A DNA stretch of 64,000 bases from an uncultured Methanoregulaceae archaeon (GCA_963701095.1 OY969564.1:2048001-2112000), one strand, 5' to 3'. Shown: positions 11,463 to 23,196, numbered from the stretch's first letter. Notes: a model not told the origin generated them from the sequence alone. Program-made: numbers and translations.

Positions 11463-11920
11463 GGTGCCACCTCATCGATTGCTTTTTTCAACGGTAAGGG
11501 ATTGTGGACAGCTTTTGCTGCAATCTTAGTACAGGGAAAGGTTATCTGGCTGACAAGGTCTTCCTCATGCTCGCCGTAGACCAGCGTGTAGATGCGTGCC
11601 TTTGAGATTACAGCCATGGTCGCAGCATAACTGATACCTGCATCATTATGGATAAAAACAAAACACTGGTCAAAGTCCCTCTTTTTCTCGGTGATTTGAG
11701 CGACAGCGCGGTCAAGATCCATTATTTCCCCGATGTAATGCCGGTCCGGATCTGCTACGAGAAGCAAGGTATTTGCTGCCTTATTACCGGCAATAACCGG
11801 GATTATCCCCGCTGATTTGAACCGGTTAATCAGGTACAGCGCTATGCTCGTCTGGACGGGCACCTGCGGGCACCCCAACACAAAAAGAACTGTTTTTTGG
11901 GGACTGGTATCTGGACACAT
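11450..11920 (-). CDS. DUF1890-like methanogen protein
   Basis: LGCPQVPVQT, ADPDRHY, FIHNDAG, AVHNPLPL. Confidence 0.7.
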   Translation of the reverse strand: MCPDTSPQKTVLFVLGCPQVPVQTSIALYLINRFKSAGIIPVIAGNKAANTLLLVADPDRHYIGEIMDLDRAVAQITEKKRDFDQCFVFIHNDAGISYAATMAVISKARIYTLVYGEHEEDLVSQITFPCTKIAAKAVHNPLPLKKAIDEVAPWAA

Positions 11921-11999
11921 GGCCTGCTCCCGGTTATTTGTACTTATTTTTGCGCGAGGCAATAATGTTGTGTATCCTGCATGCTCACGCGGTTTTTAT

Positions 12000-12323
12000 T
12001 CAGAGATTTTCTCCGGTTTCCCGGCGTACCCAATCAAGATATGGGGCATACCCCATGGTCACGGGAAGAACAATAATTTCCGGGACATCGTAGGTATGGA
12101 GTGACTTCAGGATTTCCACCACTGTATTCGCATGGGTTTTTGTGGTTTTTGCAATCATAAGATGCTCAGGTTCATGGCAGATCCTGCCTTTCCATCGGTA
12201 AGTAGATTGAACCGGTACAATGTTAACACAAGCCACGAGCTTCCTGTTCACCAGCTGTTCTGCCATCGCTGCTGCAGTATCCGGTGCAGCAGTGCAAAGA
12301 ATCACTACAATATCCGTTGTCAT
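12000..12323 (-). CDS. cutA: divalent cation tolerance protein CutA
   Basis: LVACVN, STYRWKG, HTYDVPEII. Confidence 0.92.
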   Translation of the reverse strand: MTTDIVVILCTAAPDTAAAMAEQLVNRKLVACVNIVPVQSTYRWKGRICHEPEHLMIAKTTKTHANTVVEILKSLHTYDVPEIIVLPVTMGYAPYLDWVRRETGENL

Positions 12324-12465
12324 ATCATCGCCTTTCCAGATTTGTCTTACTCGCCACCTTTTAGCAGCTTTAGAATATTAAAGATCCTCCGGTTTTCATT
12401 CTGCCTTCGATTTATCCTTTTTGATCGTTAATTACTAGACCCTGCGATTCGCATATTTACTACCT

Positions 12466-13614
12466 ATGTACTCAACACGTATGAGCAATCTCCCTCCGTA
12501 TCTTTTTGCTCGGATTGACGAGATGAAAACAGAACAGGCAAAAAAAGGTGTTGATATCATTGACCTTGGCGTCGGCGACCCGGATCTTCCCACGCCGTCG
12601 CACATTGTTACCGCACTCTGCACCGCAGCCAAAAACCCGGAAAACCACCATTACCCCTCGTATGCCGGGATGCCCGCTTACCGGGAAGCGGTCGCCAGCT
12701 GGTACTACAAGAGGTTCGGGGTCACACTCGATGCGTTTAGGGAAACTCTGGCCCTTATGGGATCAAAGGATGGTATCACCCATATCGGGGAGGCTTTTGT
12801 AAACCCTGGTGATTACGTACTCGCCCCAAGCCCCGGCTATCCGGGATATTCGACGGGCACCCTTTTTGCTGAAGGAAAAGTTCACGAGATGCCGCTTTTA
12901 AGGAAGAATAATTTCCTTCCGGTCCTCGACGATATACCAAAGAATGTGGCGCGATCTGCAAAGCTCATGTTTATCAACTATCCCAATAATCCCACGTCAG
13001 CTGTGGCGCCGCTCTCGTTCTACCGGGAGGTGGTGGATTTTGCTACCGACAATAGCATTTTAGTAGTCTCAGATAACCCCTACTCGGAAGTGGCGTTTGA
13101 TGGCTACCGCGCTCCATCATTCCTAGAGGCAAAAGGGGCAATGGAGATAGGTGTTGAGATGCATTCGCTTTCGAAGACCTATAACATGACCGGCTGGCGA
13201 ATTGGGATGGCAGTCGGGAATGCCGAGATCCTTGCCGGTCTTGGCAGGGTCAAGACCAATGTCGATTCTGGTGTCTTCAACGCCGTTCAGTATGCTGCGA
13301 TCGCTGCGCTTTCCGGCCCGCAGGACTGTGTAAGAGAGGCCTGCGATATTTATGAGGAACGTCGTGACGTGCTGGTTTCCGGGCTTCGTGAGCTGGGTTT
13401 TGATGTACCTTCCCCGAAGGCCACTTTTTATGTCTGGATGCCGGTAAAAGACTGCATGTCCTTTGCGGCGACACTCCTGAACACTTCAGGCATTGTAGTG
13501 ACACCCGGGATTGGGTTTGGCTCTGCGGGAGAAGGATATGTGCGGTTTGCCATCACCCGGCCGGTTGAAAGAATTAAAGAGGCAATCGAACGCATGCGGA
13601 GGCTTGACCTGTGA
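12466..13614 (+). CDS. dapL: LL-diaminopimelate aminotransferase
   Basis: PLP class I motifs NYPNNPT and SLSKTYNMTGWRIG; coupled to lysA. Confidence 0.85.
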   Translation: MYSTRMSNLPPYLFARIDEMKTEQAKKGVDIIDLGVGDPDLPTPSHIVTALCTAAKNPENHHYPSYAGMPAYREAVASWYYKRFGVTLDAFRETLALMGSKDGITHIGEAFVNPGDYVLAPSPGYPGYSTGTLFAEGKVHEMPLLRKNNFLPVLDDIPKNVARSAKLMFINYPNNPTSAVAPLSFYREVVDFATDNSILVVSDNPYSEVAFDGYRAPSFLEAKGAMEIGVEMHSLSKTYNMTGWRIGMAVGNAEILAGLGRVKTNVDSGVFNAVQYAAIAALSGPQDCVREACDIYEERRDVLVSGLRELGFDVPSPKATFYVWMPVKDCMSFAATLLNTSGIVVTPGIGFGSAGEGYVRFAITRPVERIKEAIERMRRLDL

Positions 13615-14903
13615 AACTTCCCCCTCATCTCACGATAAAGAACGGGCATCTCCACATTGGCGGCCATGATTGTGTTTCCCTTGCAGAAACATATGGGACA
13701 CCTCTCTATGTGACAAGTGAAGACAGAATCCTTGACCGTTTCCGGAATTACCAGCAGGCGTTGTCTTCACGGTATTCTAAAGTTCAGGTACTTTTTGCAG
13801 CAAAGGCCAACGGCAACCTTGCCATTATGAGGGTGCTTGCACAATTGGGGGCCGGGGCCGACGTTTTTTCCAGTGGTGAACTTTTGCTTGCTCTGGAATC
13901 AGGCATACCGGCAAAAAAATTGCTTTATAACGGCAGTTCAAAAACGAAAAGTGACCTCGCTCTCGCAGTACAGCACGATGCGAAAATATCAGTCGATTCT
14001 CTCGATGAGCTTCACCAGCTTGATGGTGTGGCACGAAAAGCCGGGAAAGTTGCTGAGATCTCGTTCCGGGTCAACCCCGCACTTGATGTCCCCACCCATC
14101 CGAAAATCGCTACCGGTCTTGCCACGAGCAAGTTTGGGATTCCCCACAATCAGATCCCGGCCGCGTACGAAGAGGCACTCACCTGTAAAAATATCAAACC
14201 GGTGGGTATTCATTGCCATATCGGGTCGCAAATCCTTGATGTGGAACCATTTGCCCGTGCTGCGAAAGTGATGGTTGACATTGCCCGCGAGCTTTCCGGT
14301 ATGGGTGTGAACCTTGAGTTTCTTGACCTTGGTGGCGGTCTTGGTATACCCTATCATCACGATACCGATCCGGCACCAACGCCGGAGGACTATGCTAATG
14401 CAGTCATGCCGGTTTTCCTCGCAGGTATTAAAGCAGCCGGGATAACACCGGAACTTTGGGTAGAGCCGGGCCGGTTTCTTGTCGCTGATTCTACCCTGCT
14501 GCTCACAAGGATCAATTCGGTAAAGTCTGCCCATAAACGGTTTGCAAATGTTGATGCCGGTTTCAACCTACTTGTCAGGCCTGCGATGTACGATTCCTAT
14601 CATGAGGTGATTGTGGCAAATCGTGCTGATGCCCCATTAGTTACAGAATTTACCATCACCGGCCCCATATGCGAGACAGGTGATATTCTAGCCGCCGACC
14701 GGAAATTACCGGAGATCGCTTCCGGTGACCTTATCGCAGTACTGGATGCAGGGGCGTATGGTTATGCGATGTCCTCACAGTATAACGGCAGGCCCCGGTG
14801 CCCTGAAGTGTTGATCCATGGAAATGAAGTTGCACTCATGCGGCGCGGCGAGACTCTTGCCGACCTGACCTGTACCATGGTGCGCCCACCCTGGCATTAC
14901 TAA
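13611..14903 (+). CDS. lysA: diaminopimelate decarboxylase
   Basis: AAKAN, HCHIGSQ, DLGGG, EPGR, GPICETGD, GAYG. Confidence 0.95.
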   Translation: MKLPPHLTIKNGHLHIGGHDCVSLAETYGTPLYVTSEDRILDRFRNYQQALSSRYSKVQVLFAAKANGNLAIMRVLAQLGAGADVFSSGELLLALESGIPAKKLLYNGSSKTKSDLALAVQHDAKISVDSLDELHQLDGVARKAGKVAEISFRVNPALDVPTHPKIATGLATSKFGIPHNQIPAAYEEALTCKNIKPVGIHCHIGSQILDVEPFARAAKVMVDIARELSGMGVNLEFLDLGGGLGIPYHHDTDPAPTPEDYANAVMPVFLAGIKAAGITPELWVEPGRFLVADSTLLLTRINSVKSAHKRFANVDAGFNLLVRPAMYDSYHEVIVANRADAPLVTEFTITGPICETGDILAADRKLPEIASGDLIAVLDAGAYGYAMSSQYNGRPRCPEVLIHGNEVALMRRGETLADLTCTMVRPPWHY

Positions 14904-14918
14904 TGCGGGAGGATATCT

Positions 14919-16229
14919 GTGGTTCTCTTCCATTATGCATTAATCGACGATCTCATCACCCAGGAAGAGTTTGAACGACGCGTTGAGGAAAAAATCGAGG
15001 AGTGCGGGGATCTCCTTGATGAGCCGACCGCAGCGATGCTCGTCGTGGATGCATTAGGAAGACAGCATGTCAAAATCCGGGATCTTTCCGGGAAATCAAG
15101 TTTGTTCTGTTTTTTTGCAAAGGTACTCGATAAGACCGAGCCAAAGGAATTTGACCGAAAAGACGGTGAAAAGGGATGGGTTGCCACACTTCTTGTGGGG
15201 GATGAAACCGGGACTACCCGCATTGTGCTCTGGGACGAGAAAGCCGGAGCGGCCCTTGAGATCCAAGCTGGCGACGTAATGGAGATTATAGGGAGGCACC
15301 CGGGAAAAAAGCCCGGGAGATCTACGCACTTGCATTGCGCAAAGCGACCTGCGAAATTACCTGTTCAGCGACTTCCAGCGGGAATGGGACGGTGCTATCC
15401 TCGGAACGGATAGATATGGATGCTACCCTGATTGGTGTCGATGATCCACGGACGTTTAGTCGTCGAGACGGGACGACCGGAGTGATGACGGAATGTGTCA
15501 TTGGTGATGCCGAGGGAACGGCCCGCCTTGTGGTATGGGTACCGGATCTGCTTCGAAATGTCCCTATAGGAACTACTATCCACATTACGGGTGCAAAACC
15601 GGACCGCCGCTCATCCGGGAGAGGCTATAGCGTGGATGATACAAGTATGGTGAGTCTTTCTGATGTTAGCATTACGGTTCCCTTTACTGCACTCGGATCG
15701 ATTAGCAGGTACTGGTTTTTTTTCTGTAAAGGGAGAGGTGAAGGCTGTGCAGGAGCTTCGGTCATTTACCACGCGGGACGGAAAAATCTCGTGGGTCCGG
15801 AATATCCGTATTGGAGAGGAAAGCAATGTACTTAATGTAGTTCTCTGGGGTGAGAAGGCTCTGGTACCGGTGCATCCGGGCGATTTTGTCGAGATCTACC
15901 ATGCGGAAGCAAAGCCAGACCGGTTAGGGGATTTTGAGATGGGGGTAGGCCGGGGAAGCGTGATACGTTTTCCTCATGAAGAATCACGGGCGATCACGTT
16001 TACCGGGACGGTTATTCCCGGGAACGGGGGGATATTCATTGACAATGGAACAGAGCGGTACCTCATCGAAGGTGAGTTCCCTGCCGGGTGTGAGATGAGT
16101 ATCACGGGGACGCTGTGCGGGAGCCGCATCATTCCTGAGATTGTAGAACCGGTTGAGAAAAACATTGAACAGGTCACAAACCGCCTTGCAGTTCTTGTCG
16201 CCCGACTGGGATCCCGGGCACCGCCGTAA
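14919..16229 (+). CDS. rpa: replication protein A (multi-OB-fold ssDNA-binding protein), split by two apparent indels (~15305, ~15715)
   Basis: three consecutive ORFs each with an OB motif ([39 protein letters not shown]); directly upstream of radA. Confidence 0.8.
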
Positions 16230-16309
16230 CCTCACTTTCACCCCTCGCACGGCCTTGGGTTATATGGGTGGTGTTAAAATGTTGTTGTGCCATAGGAGAT
16301 GTACAAGAA

Positions 16310-17287
16310 ATGGCTGACAAAGCGTTAGATATAGAAGATTTACCCGGTGTCGGACCAAGCACTGCCGACAAGCTTCGTGAAGCAGGATACCTTTCTGTTG
16401 AGAGCATTGCAACCGCTTCACCTGCAGAACTTTCAGAGATCACGGAGATATCAGAAGCCACGGCAAAGAAAATCATAAAAGCGGCCCGTGAATCTGCAGA
16501 TATCGGGGGTTTCAAGACGGGAAAAGATATTTTCGAGCAGAGAAAAGACATCAGGAAACTCTCGTTCCGGGTCCCGGAACTCGACACGCTCTTAGGTGGC
16601 GGTATGGAAACCCAGGCGATCACTGAAATGTACGGTGAGTTTGGTTCCGGTAAAAGCCAGATCGTGCACCAGATGGCAGTCAACGTCCAGCTGCCTGAGG
16701 CTCAGGGAGGACTTAACGGAAGTGTCATCTATATCGATACAGAGAACACCTTCCGTCCCGAGCGTATCGAACAGATGGTAGCAGGTCTGGGTATCGATGA
16801 CGCACCCGACACACAGGAGGTTCTGGATAATATCCATATCGCCCGGGCGCATACATCAGACCACCAGATGCTCCTCGTGGAGAACTCCAGGGATCTTGCA
16901 AATGAACTTAAAGCAAGCGACAAGCCGGTGAAACTCTTTATTATCGATTCACTCACTGCACATTTCAGGTCTGAGTATGCAGGCCGGGGCACACTGGCTG
17001 CACGGCAGCAGAAACTTAACCGGCATATGCATGATCTCTTCAAGCTCATCGATGAGCACAACGCTGTTGGTCTCGTGACAAACCAGGTCATGTCCAACCC
17101 GGCTGTTTTCTTTGGCGATCCGACAAAACCTATCGGTGGAAACATTGTTGGCCACACGGCAACTTTCAGGATCTACCTGCGCAAGAGCAAAGCCGGCAAA
17201 CGCATTGCCCGTCTTGTGGACAGCCCCAACCTTCCTGAGGGTGAAGCGCCGTTTATGGTTGAAGAGGCAGGACTCAAGCCGTGTTAA
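16310..17287 (+). CDS. radA: DNA repair and recombination protein RadA
   Basis: N-terminal HhH (LPGVG), [32 protein letters not shown]. Confidence 0.96.
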   Translation: MADKALDIEDLPGVGPSTADKLREAGYLSVESIATASPAELSEITEISEATAKKIIKAARESADIGGFKTGKDIFEQRKDIRKLSFRVPELDTLLGGGMETQAITEMYGEFGSGKSQIVHQMAVNVQLPEAQGGLNGSVIYIDTENTFRPERIEQMVAGLGIDDAPDTQEVLDNIHIARAHTSDHQMLLVENSRDLANELKASDKPVKLFIIDSLTAHFRSEYAGRGTLAARQQKLNRHMHDLFKLIDEHNAVGLVTNQVMSNPAVFFGDPTKPIGGNIVGHTATFRIYLRKSKAGKRIARLVDSPNLPEGEAPFMVEEAGLKPC

Positions 17288-17979
17288 AGGTGCTCCTGAC
17301 TGATGTGGATGGGACCATCACAGATCCCACCCGCCGGATAAATACCGAGGCGATCGCTTGTATCAGATCACTGATGGACGATGGTATTGAAGTCGTCCTT
17401 GCCAGCGGCAATACATCCTGTTTCATGGATGCACTCTGCAAGATGATTGGCACCAAGGGGACGTATATCGCAGAGAACGGGGGTGTGTACCGGATCGGGT
17501 ATACCGGTACCCTTCGTATCAACGGTGATCAAAGCATCAGCCGGACTGCCCTTGAAACCCTTCAAGCGTATTACCGGAAAAAAGGAGTTGAACTGGAACT
17601 CTATAACCCTACGAACCGGTACACGGATCTCGCATTTGCCCGGTCTGTGCCTGCCGAAGAGGTAAAACAAGTACTCGCAGGCTTACCGGTTCAGGTCATC
17701 GATACCGGGTTTGCCATCCATCTTCAGGCCGAAGGCATCAGCAAAGGGACTGCCCTTCTTGACCTTGCACATGATATGGGCATTTCTCCAACAGATTTTT
17801 TTGCCATTGGTGATGGTATCAACGATGTCCAGATGCTTGAATGGGCTGGTAAGGGTGTCACGATTGCCAATGCCCACCCGGCGACAAAAAAGGTGGCATC
17901 TGACGTTATGGAAGAAGCGTACGGGAAGGGCTTTGTTCAAGCCACAAAAAAATATAGATCTTACCTTCGCGCAAGGTAA
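17281..17979 (+). CDS. phosphoglycolate phosphatase (HAD, TA0175 type)
   Basis: DVDGTIT, ASGN, AENGG, SKG, GDGIND. Confidence 0.85.
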   Translation: MLKVLLTDVDGTITDPTRRINTEAIACIRSLMDDGIEVVLASGNTSCFMDALCKMIGTKGTYIAENGGVYRIGYTGTLRINGDQSISRTALETLQAYYRKKGVELELYNPTNRYTDLAFARSVPAEEVKQVLAGLPVQVIDTGFAIHLQAEGISKGTALLDLAHDMGISPTDFFAIGDGINDVQMLEWAGKGVTIANAHPATKKVASDVMEEAYGKGFVQATKKYRSYLRAR

Positions 17980-18215
17980 CGGTCGACTACGATATAATCC
18001 TTGATGTCTTTTACAGACTCAAAGGGGATGACCAGCAGGTTGCCATCTTCCAAAGTGTAACCTTCAGTGACAAAGGACTGGTCCGGGTGAACGATCAGAT
18101 CAAGGACCTGCCCGGAATCGAAATCAACTCTAAGGTTTTTAAGGGTCCCAATGAGCTTGCCATCGTTGCTCATGATCTTTTTTCGCGAGAGGCTGCGGGC
18201 AAAAGTACGAGTCAT
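17961..18215 (-). CDS. PRC-barrel domain protein
   Basis: DGKLIGTL...IPFESVKDIKDYIVV. Confidence 0.8.
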   Translation of the reverse strand: MTRTFARSLSRKKIMSNDGKLIGTLKNLRVDFDSGQVLDLIVHPDQSFVTEGYTLEDGNLLVIPFESVKDIKDYIVVDRYLARR

Positions 18216-18379
18216 AAAAAAAATGACGATGTATAAATATATAAAGTGTTCTGAAATGCGGGGGATAATAGGTTATTTTGAGAATTGAATCCGACTTTCT
18301 CGTTCTTTTTTCGGCCGGAGCTTGCAAATTGGCACACTCTTCTTTGGATGAATACTAAATCGATAAAGGACAGGAATTA

Positions 18380-19257
18380 TCAGACCGAAGGAAAGACCCG
18401 GATTATATCCGATTGGGTAAGGATTCCCACGGGTTTTCCGTTTTCAGTCACGACTAATCGTCCTATCTCGCGTTCCTTGAAGCGTCCGATCACATCGAAG
18501 AGTTTGATATCTGAAGGCGCTTGGATTACGTCTTTGGTCATTATTGATGGAAGGGTGTCGTCAAGAGACAATCCACGGTCAAGGGCTTTTGCAACATCAC
18601 TCATGGTTACAATACCGGCAAGGCGATTCCCGTCAAGGACCGGTGCCCCGTGGATCCGGTAAAGGCTGAAAAGGCTAACCGCATCCCGGATAGTCTGGGT
18701 GACGGAGAGCGTCTTGAGTGGGGTGCTCATGTAGGCCTTTATCGGTTGCTTGGGTAGCGAGATCATTTCGGAGGTAGCGATGAGAAGTGACTGCGTGGAC
18801 TCATCTTTCCCGAAAACCTCTCCCCGGATCAGGAGCTTGTTCACCGGTGTCGGGCCGATGGTAATTTTATCTCCAATATCGAAGATTTTGACGCTTCCGA
18901 CAAGTTTTATAACCGCGTGGCATATGTCGGGATGACAGAGTGTTGTAAAATCGATCTCCTGAACGTGTGCCCCCTTGATCTTCTCACCGTTTCGGCTGAT
19001 CGGAACATCATAATCCCCTTCAGAAACGCTCAGGTTAAGTTCCTTGTAAGCCAGCTGGGTGGGGATGTAACCACCTTTTGGGCCGGGAACGCCATCCACA
19101 AGGCCAATCGCCTTAAGGGATTGCATCTGGTTGCGAACCGTACCGGGTTCCGGAGAATGATATCAGCGATCTCCTCACCCTTTATGGAATGTGACTGCTG
19201 GTGATAGAGGGTGATAAGAGTAATGAGAATATCCTTCTGTATCAGGGACAGCTCCAT
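18380..19257 (-). CDS. HTH plus CBS-domain regulator (1-nt frameshift near 19145)
   Basis: IKGEEIADIILRNP joins MQSLKAIGLVDGVPGPKGGY; C-terminal CBS pair. Confidence 0.85.
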
Positions 19258-19305
19258 AACGATAAGACGTATCACGCTCTATGGATATATAGGTTGGAGT
19301 TTTAA

Positions 19306-20298
19306 GTGGAATTCGAACGGATGCCTACGGTACCCACTGCGGATGAGATCCTCGATAGGAGTTTCCGCAGGGCAGCAAAGAAGATGAAAGAGAAACTTAA
19401 TAAGGACCGGGCCAACGAAGAGTTCGTCCGGGCAGTTGGTGCTGCCATCCACGACAGGCTGGTATACGTCATCCGTGGATTTCCTGAGTTTGAAGAGATT
19501 CCTCAATTTTATCGTGAAATGGTTGAGATTCTCTATGGAATTGATGCCATCAAGCAATCACTTGGGGCTGTGGGCTGGGCAGCCAAACACACTAAAATGG
19601 TAGGCCATGAGATTGCTGTGCAATCCAGAAAATCGTCAGAAACGCTTGTCCTCAGGAAACGGGCGGTTGCCCGGCTCGCCTCCATGGTTCATCAGATAGA
19701 TAAGGATCTGCGGTTCTTAAATGAAGTAAGAAATACCCTACGGAAGCTTCCTCATATTGAAGATGCGTTCACTATTGTAATCGCAGGGTACCCTAACGTG
19801 GGAAAGTCCTCGTTTATCCGGCTCGTATCTTCTGCAACACCTGAGATCGCGTCATACCCGTTTACTACAAAAGGGGTAATTGTCGGCATGCGCATGGAGG
19901 GTAGAAACCGCATACAGTTTGTGGATACCCCGGGAATTCTCGATCGCCCAGCAGATGAGAGAAACCCAATAGAGCGACAGGCGCTCTCCGCAATGATAAA
20001 TGTGGCAAGCGTTATTCTCTTTATTCTCGACCCCTCTGAGCACTGCGGGTATCCTATGGAAGTGCAGTTGCATCTCCTTGCAGAAGTAAAGGAAAAGGTG
20101 AAGGTACCGCTTATCATAGTCGCCAATAAGTCAGATATCACCGTTCAGTCAGAATACCTATCAATGTCCACCGAAACACGGGATGGCGTGGATGTGGTAC
20201 TGGCACAACTGCTCCTGCACCGTAAGGATTGGGAAGAGTCACACAAAGCCAATGAGCATCCAGCCGATGAGAAACCCGAGGATTGTCCCTCCATTTAA
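19306..20298 (+). CDS. NOG1-family GTPase
   Basis: GYPNVGKSS, YPFTT, DTPGILDR, NKSD. Confidence 0.92.
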   Translation: MEFERMPTVPTADEILDRSFRRAAKKMKEKLNKDRANEEFVRAVGAAIHDRLVYVIRGFPEFEEIPQFYREMVEILYGIDAIKQSLGAVGWAAKHTKMVGHEIAVQSRKSSETLVLRKRAVARLASMVHQIDKDLRFLNEVRNTLRKLPHIEDAFTIVIAGYPNVGKSSFIRLVSSATPEIASYPFTTKGVIVGMRMEGRNRIQFVDTPGILDRPADERNPIERQALSAMINVASVILFILDPSEHCGYPMEVQLHLLAEVKEKVKVPLIIVANKSDITVQSEYLSMSTETRDGVDVVLAQLLLHRKDWEESHKANEHPADEKPEDCPSI

Positions 20299-21141
20299 CG
20301 GGGGCAGACCAGCCTGTGGCCTTCCTGACATTACAAAGTGAAGGAGGACGATAAGGCCTGCGATAGAGCCGATCATAGCCCCGAATGCAGGCAGATTAAA
20401 AAGTCCGAAATATTTCACTCCACCGGTGAATACGTTTGCTGAAACAACCAGCATTGAGGGAATGATCAGGTCTCCCATACCTATGATAAACGCGGAACGC
20501 TCCTCACCTTCACCGATCTTTCCAATTCCTTCCTTGATAAACGAATAACTGCGCTTTTTGGGTATCACAAAGAGTATTGGCGTTTTCAGATCAAGGACCC
20601 CTTCAGCAAGAGTGATCATGTGTTTGGTCTTGTAGACCGAGATCGCATCGTAAACTGCCAGAATGATAAGAAGCAGGATAACTGGGATCGTTCCGAGTGA
20701 CACACCGAAGATTGAAGCAACCCCTGCTGCAAGGAGGAGACCGAGAATATCAATGATGTACCATTCCGGGTATAAATACAAAAGCCCCGTCGCAAGAAGG
20801 GCAAGAGCTGCCATAGCCGCTACCTGGGCAAGTCCGGGTCCTATGATTATCGGGACAATGGCTGCAAATGTGTAGACAAAGGTGAAAAAAATCGAGATCC
20901 CGATTACCCAAGCGATCACATTCTTAAAGCCGTACTTAATCAAGACAAGAAGTACGGCAGTAAAACCTAAGATCATCGCAAGAAAGATGAGGGGATCAGC
21001 AAGCGACTGGGGGTTCTGGAAGGCCGAAAGGCCGGCGGCTTGGACAGGGAGCGAAAGGGCGAGCGAACCCAGCTCCACAATGACAAGGAACGCGGGCATC
21101 ACAAGAAACGGGATGAATTTTTTAACACCATTGATATCCAT
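20239..21141 (-). CDS. presenilin-family intramembrane aspartyl protease (PSH)
   Basis: LAVYDAISV, GMGD, AGLPPLN; multiple TM helices. Confidence 0.9.
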   Translation of the reverse strand: MDINGVKKFIPFLVMPAFLVIVELGSLALSLPVQAAGLSAFQNPQSLADPLIFLAMILGFTAVLLVLIKYGFKNVIAWVIGISIFFTFVYTFAAIVPIIIGPGLAQVAAMAALALLATGLLYLYPEWYIIDILGLLLAAGVASIFGVSLGTIPVILLLIILAVYDAISVYKTKHMITLAEGVLDLKTPILFVIPKKRSYSFIKEGIGKIGEGEERSAFIIGMGDLIIPSMLVVSANVFTGGVKYFGLFNLPAFGAMIGSIAGLIVLLHFVMSGRPQAGLPPLNGGTILGFLIGWMLIGFV

Positions 21142-21253
21142 GAAGATGTCTCCGAAAGGATAGTTAGCTTAATGATGTGTGCTCTCATCATCTAAATGCA
21201 TATGTTTTCCATACTTTTAACACAATTCTTATAATCTGCTGAATCACATTTCA

Positions 21254-22459
21254 GTGTACATGCGTGTCGCTGACCCCGAAGGATACCGGTATGCCACCGA
21301 GGAGAAAGTCAATCGCAGGATTGATTCCTTTCCTCCTGATGAACGTGAACTGGTAAGAGAGTACATCAATACCAGTAGAGCCCAGAAGGGTATAAAATTA
21401 GTCAGGGTTGTTGGAATTATCGCTGGTCTGAAAGCCTGGCGGGATATCATCAAAAAACCGTTTCAGAAATGGACGCGCAATGATGTTTACCAAGGTGTTA
21501 CCTTCGTACGGGACAAAAAAAATTACAAACAAAATACGTCGATCATTTACATCGCCCTTATGAAAGCGTTCCTGACATGGATGATCACGGAGAAGTATTC
21601 GAAAATTCCCCTTGAAGAGATCATTAAAATCCAGTTGCCGAAAGGCGATACTGGATCCTTCAAACCTGGCGACATTCTTACCGAAGAAGAAGTCAGGACT
21701 ATTCTCTCATGTTGCGGATCTGATCGGGACAGGGCGTTGATTGCCTTGCTCTACGATGGAGGTTTCCGCATGGTTGAAGCGGCAATGATGACCTGGGGAG
21801 ATCTCGATTTTCAGTTCGATGACAGGATCACTGCGCGTACCTCACAGAAAACCTATGTCCCCCGTGTGGTTTCCCTTATGTCTTGTAAAGAGCTGATTGC
21901 AACATGGCGCTCACATTACCCGGGCAATCCGGTAGGCGATAACCCTGTTTTTGTAACCAGGGATGGCGAACCATTTACGTACTCGACAGCCACTGAGGTT
22001 ATAAAAAGTATACGGCTTAAAGCGATCAAGAAAGGTCTCGATCCAAAGAGAATTAAATTACACCAGTTCCGACGAGCATCAATTACCCATGAGGTCAATA
22101 AGGGACGCCCGATTTCTCATATCTGTATTGAACGCTGGGGCCGGGCATATTCTCCGATGATTGAGGTATATGCAAAACCCAGTGAGCAGGACGTTCTTCG
22201 CTCAAAGATGGAAATGTTCGGCGTAGAACCCAAACGGAAATATGAGAAGCGGAAAACAGCGATGACACCGACTCAATGCCAACATTGTGGTTTTATCAAT
22301 TCACCAGAAATTGAGTTCTGCGGAAAGTGCGGGAAACCGTTGTCTGAAGAAGCATTGACTGAAATTGAAATACTCCGAAAGGAGAGAGATATGGCTTTGG
22401 ATTTGGTGAACAAAGCGTATAAGGAAGGAAAGTTGGATTTAAAAGAACTTACGAGGTAG
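21254..22459 (+). CDS. tyrosine integrase with C-terminal zinc ribbon
   Basis: RDRALIALLYDGGFR, LHQFRR, RWG, EVYA catalytic set; CQHC...CGKC. Confidence 0.9.
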   Translation: MYMRVADPEGYRYATEEKVNRRIDSFPPDERELVREYINTSRAQKGIKLVRVVGIIAGLKAWRDIIKKPFQKWTRNDVYQGVTFVRDKKNYKQNTSIIYIALMKAFLTWMITEKYSKIPLEEIIKIQLPKGDTGSFKPGDILTEEEVRTILSCCGSDRDRALIALLYDGGFRMVEAAMMTWGDLDFQFDDRITARTSQKTYVPRVVSLMSCKELIATWRSHYPGNPVGDNPVFVTRDGEPFTYSTATEVIKSIRLKAIKKGLDPKRIKLHQFRRASITHEVNKGRPISHICIERWGRAYSPMIEVYAKPSEQDVLRSKMEMFGVEPKRKYEKRKTAMTPTQCQHCGFINSPEIEFCGKCGKPLSEEALTEIEILRKERDMALDLVNKAYKEGKLDLKELTR

Positions 22460-22649
22460 TTTCATTTTTTGAAACTATTGGTATCTTTTTTATATCAAAT
22501 AAAGCATTTTAATTATATTGCATTCTCTGAATAGAATTATATCAAAAAAACAAGGATAAACAACGGGTTCGGAGGGCAATTGAGGTCACTGTACTTTCAT
22601 TCCGCACAATTATGCACATAGAATCGATGACACTGCACGCATAGACCAG

Positions 22650-22814
22650 GTGAGGCGCATTAATACACCCATCAACGAGCACCGAAATGATACAAACAAA
22701 CATCACAATTCAGGGTTTGACGAGGAATTTCAACAGACTATCATTAGTGTTATTAAGAGCGAAGAGTTTTCAGCATTTTTAGAAAAGGAAATTATCGGAA
22801 TTGCTGAGAGATAA
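22650..22814 (+). CDS. small ORF resembling the C-terminal helix of the neighbouring repressor
   Basis: GTG...TAA, 54 aa, read by hand; GFDEEFQQTIISVIK. Confidence 0.35.
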   Translation: MRRINTPINEHRNDTNKHHNSGFDEEFQQTIISVIKSEEFSAFLEKEIIGIAER

Positions 22815-23055
22815 TTTCCCTCATTAAACGCTCCAGTTCTTTTTTTACTTCCGGGTTATCCTTCATAAATGAAAGGATCGTTCCCTGCATGTTACTCTCA
22901 AACTCTTTCCGGTTTTTGTAGTATTGCAGCGCAGTATTCACCAAGTCACTAACTGACTCGAAAGGTGCTTTGTTTCCGTCTTTTGAGGCCGTCTGATACT
23001 GAACCCATTCGTCAAGATCGTTATTTATCTTGAATGATACCTGTCGTTTCACCAT
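22792..23055 (-). CDS. ribbon-helix-helix regulator (putative repressor)
   Basis: KRQVSFKIN strand followed by FESVSDLVNTALQYY helix; divergent from the early operon. Confidence 0.7.
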   Translation of the reverse strand: MVKRQVSFKINNDLDEWVQYQTASKDGNKAPFESVSDLVNTALQYYKNRKEFESNMQGTILSFMKDNPEVKKELERLMREIISQQFR

Positions 23056-23196
23056 ACCTTCTCGCCTCGTTCTTCTAAGATAATGGTACTTACATATGCG
23101 TTATTTAATAGTATCACCATTTTCCAACCTTTTCGGCATGCTTATAAGTATTAATTTCGTAAGTAAATCTACCCACCATAGAGGTGTGAATGTAAA

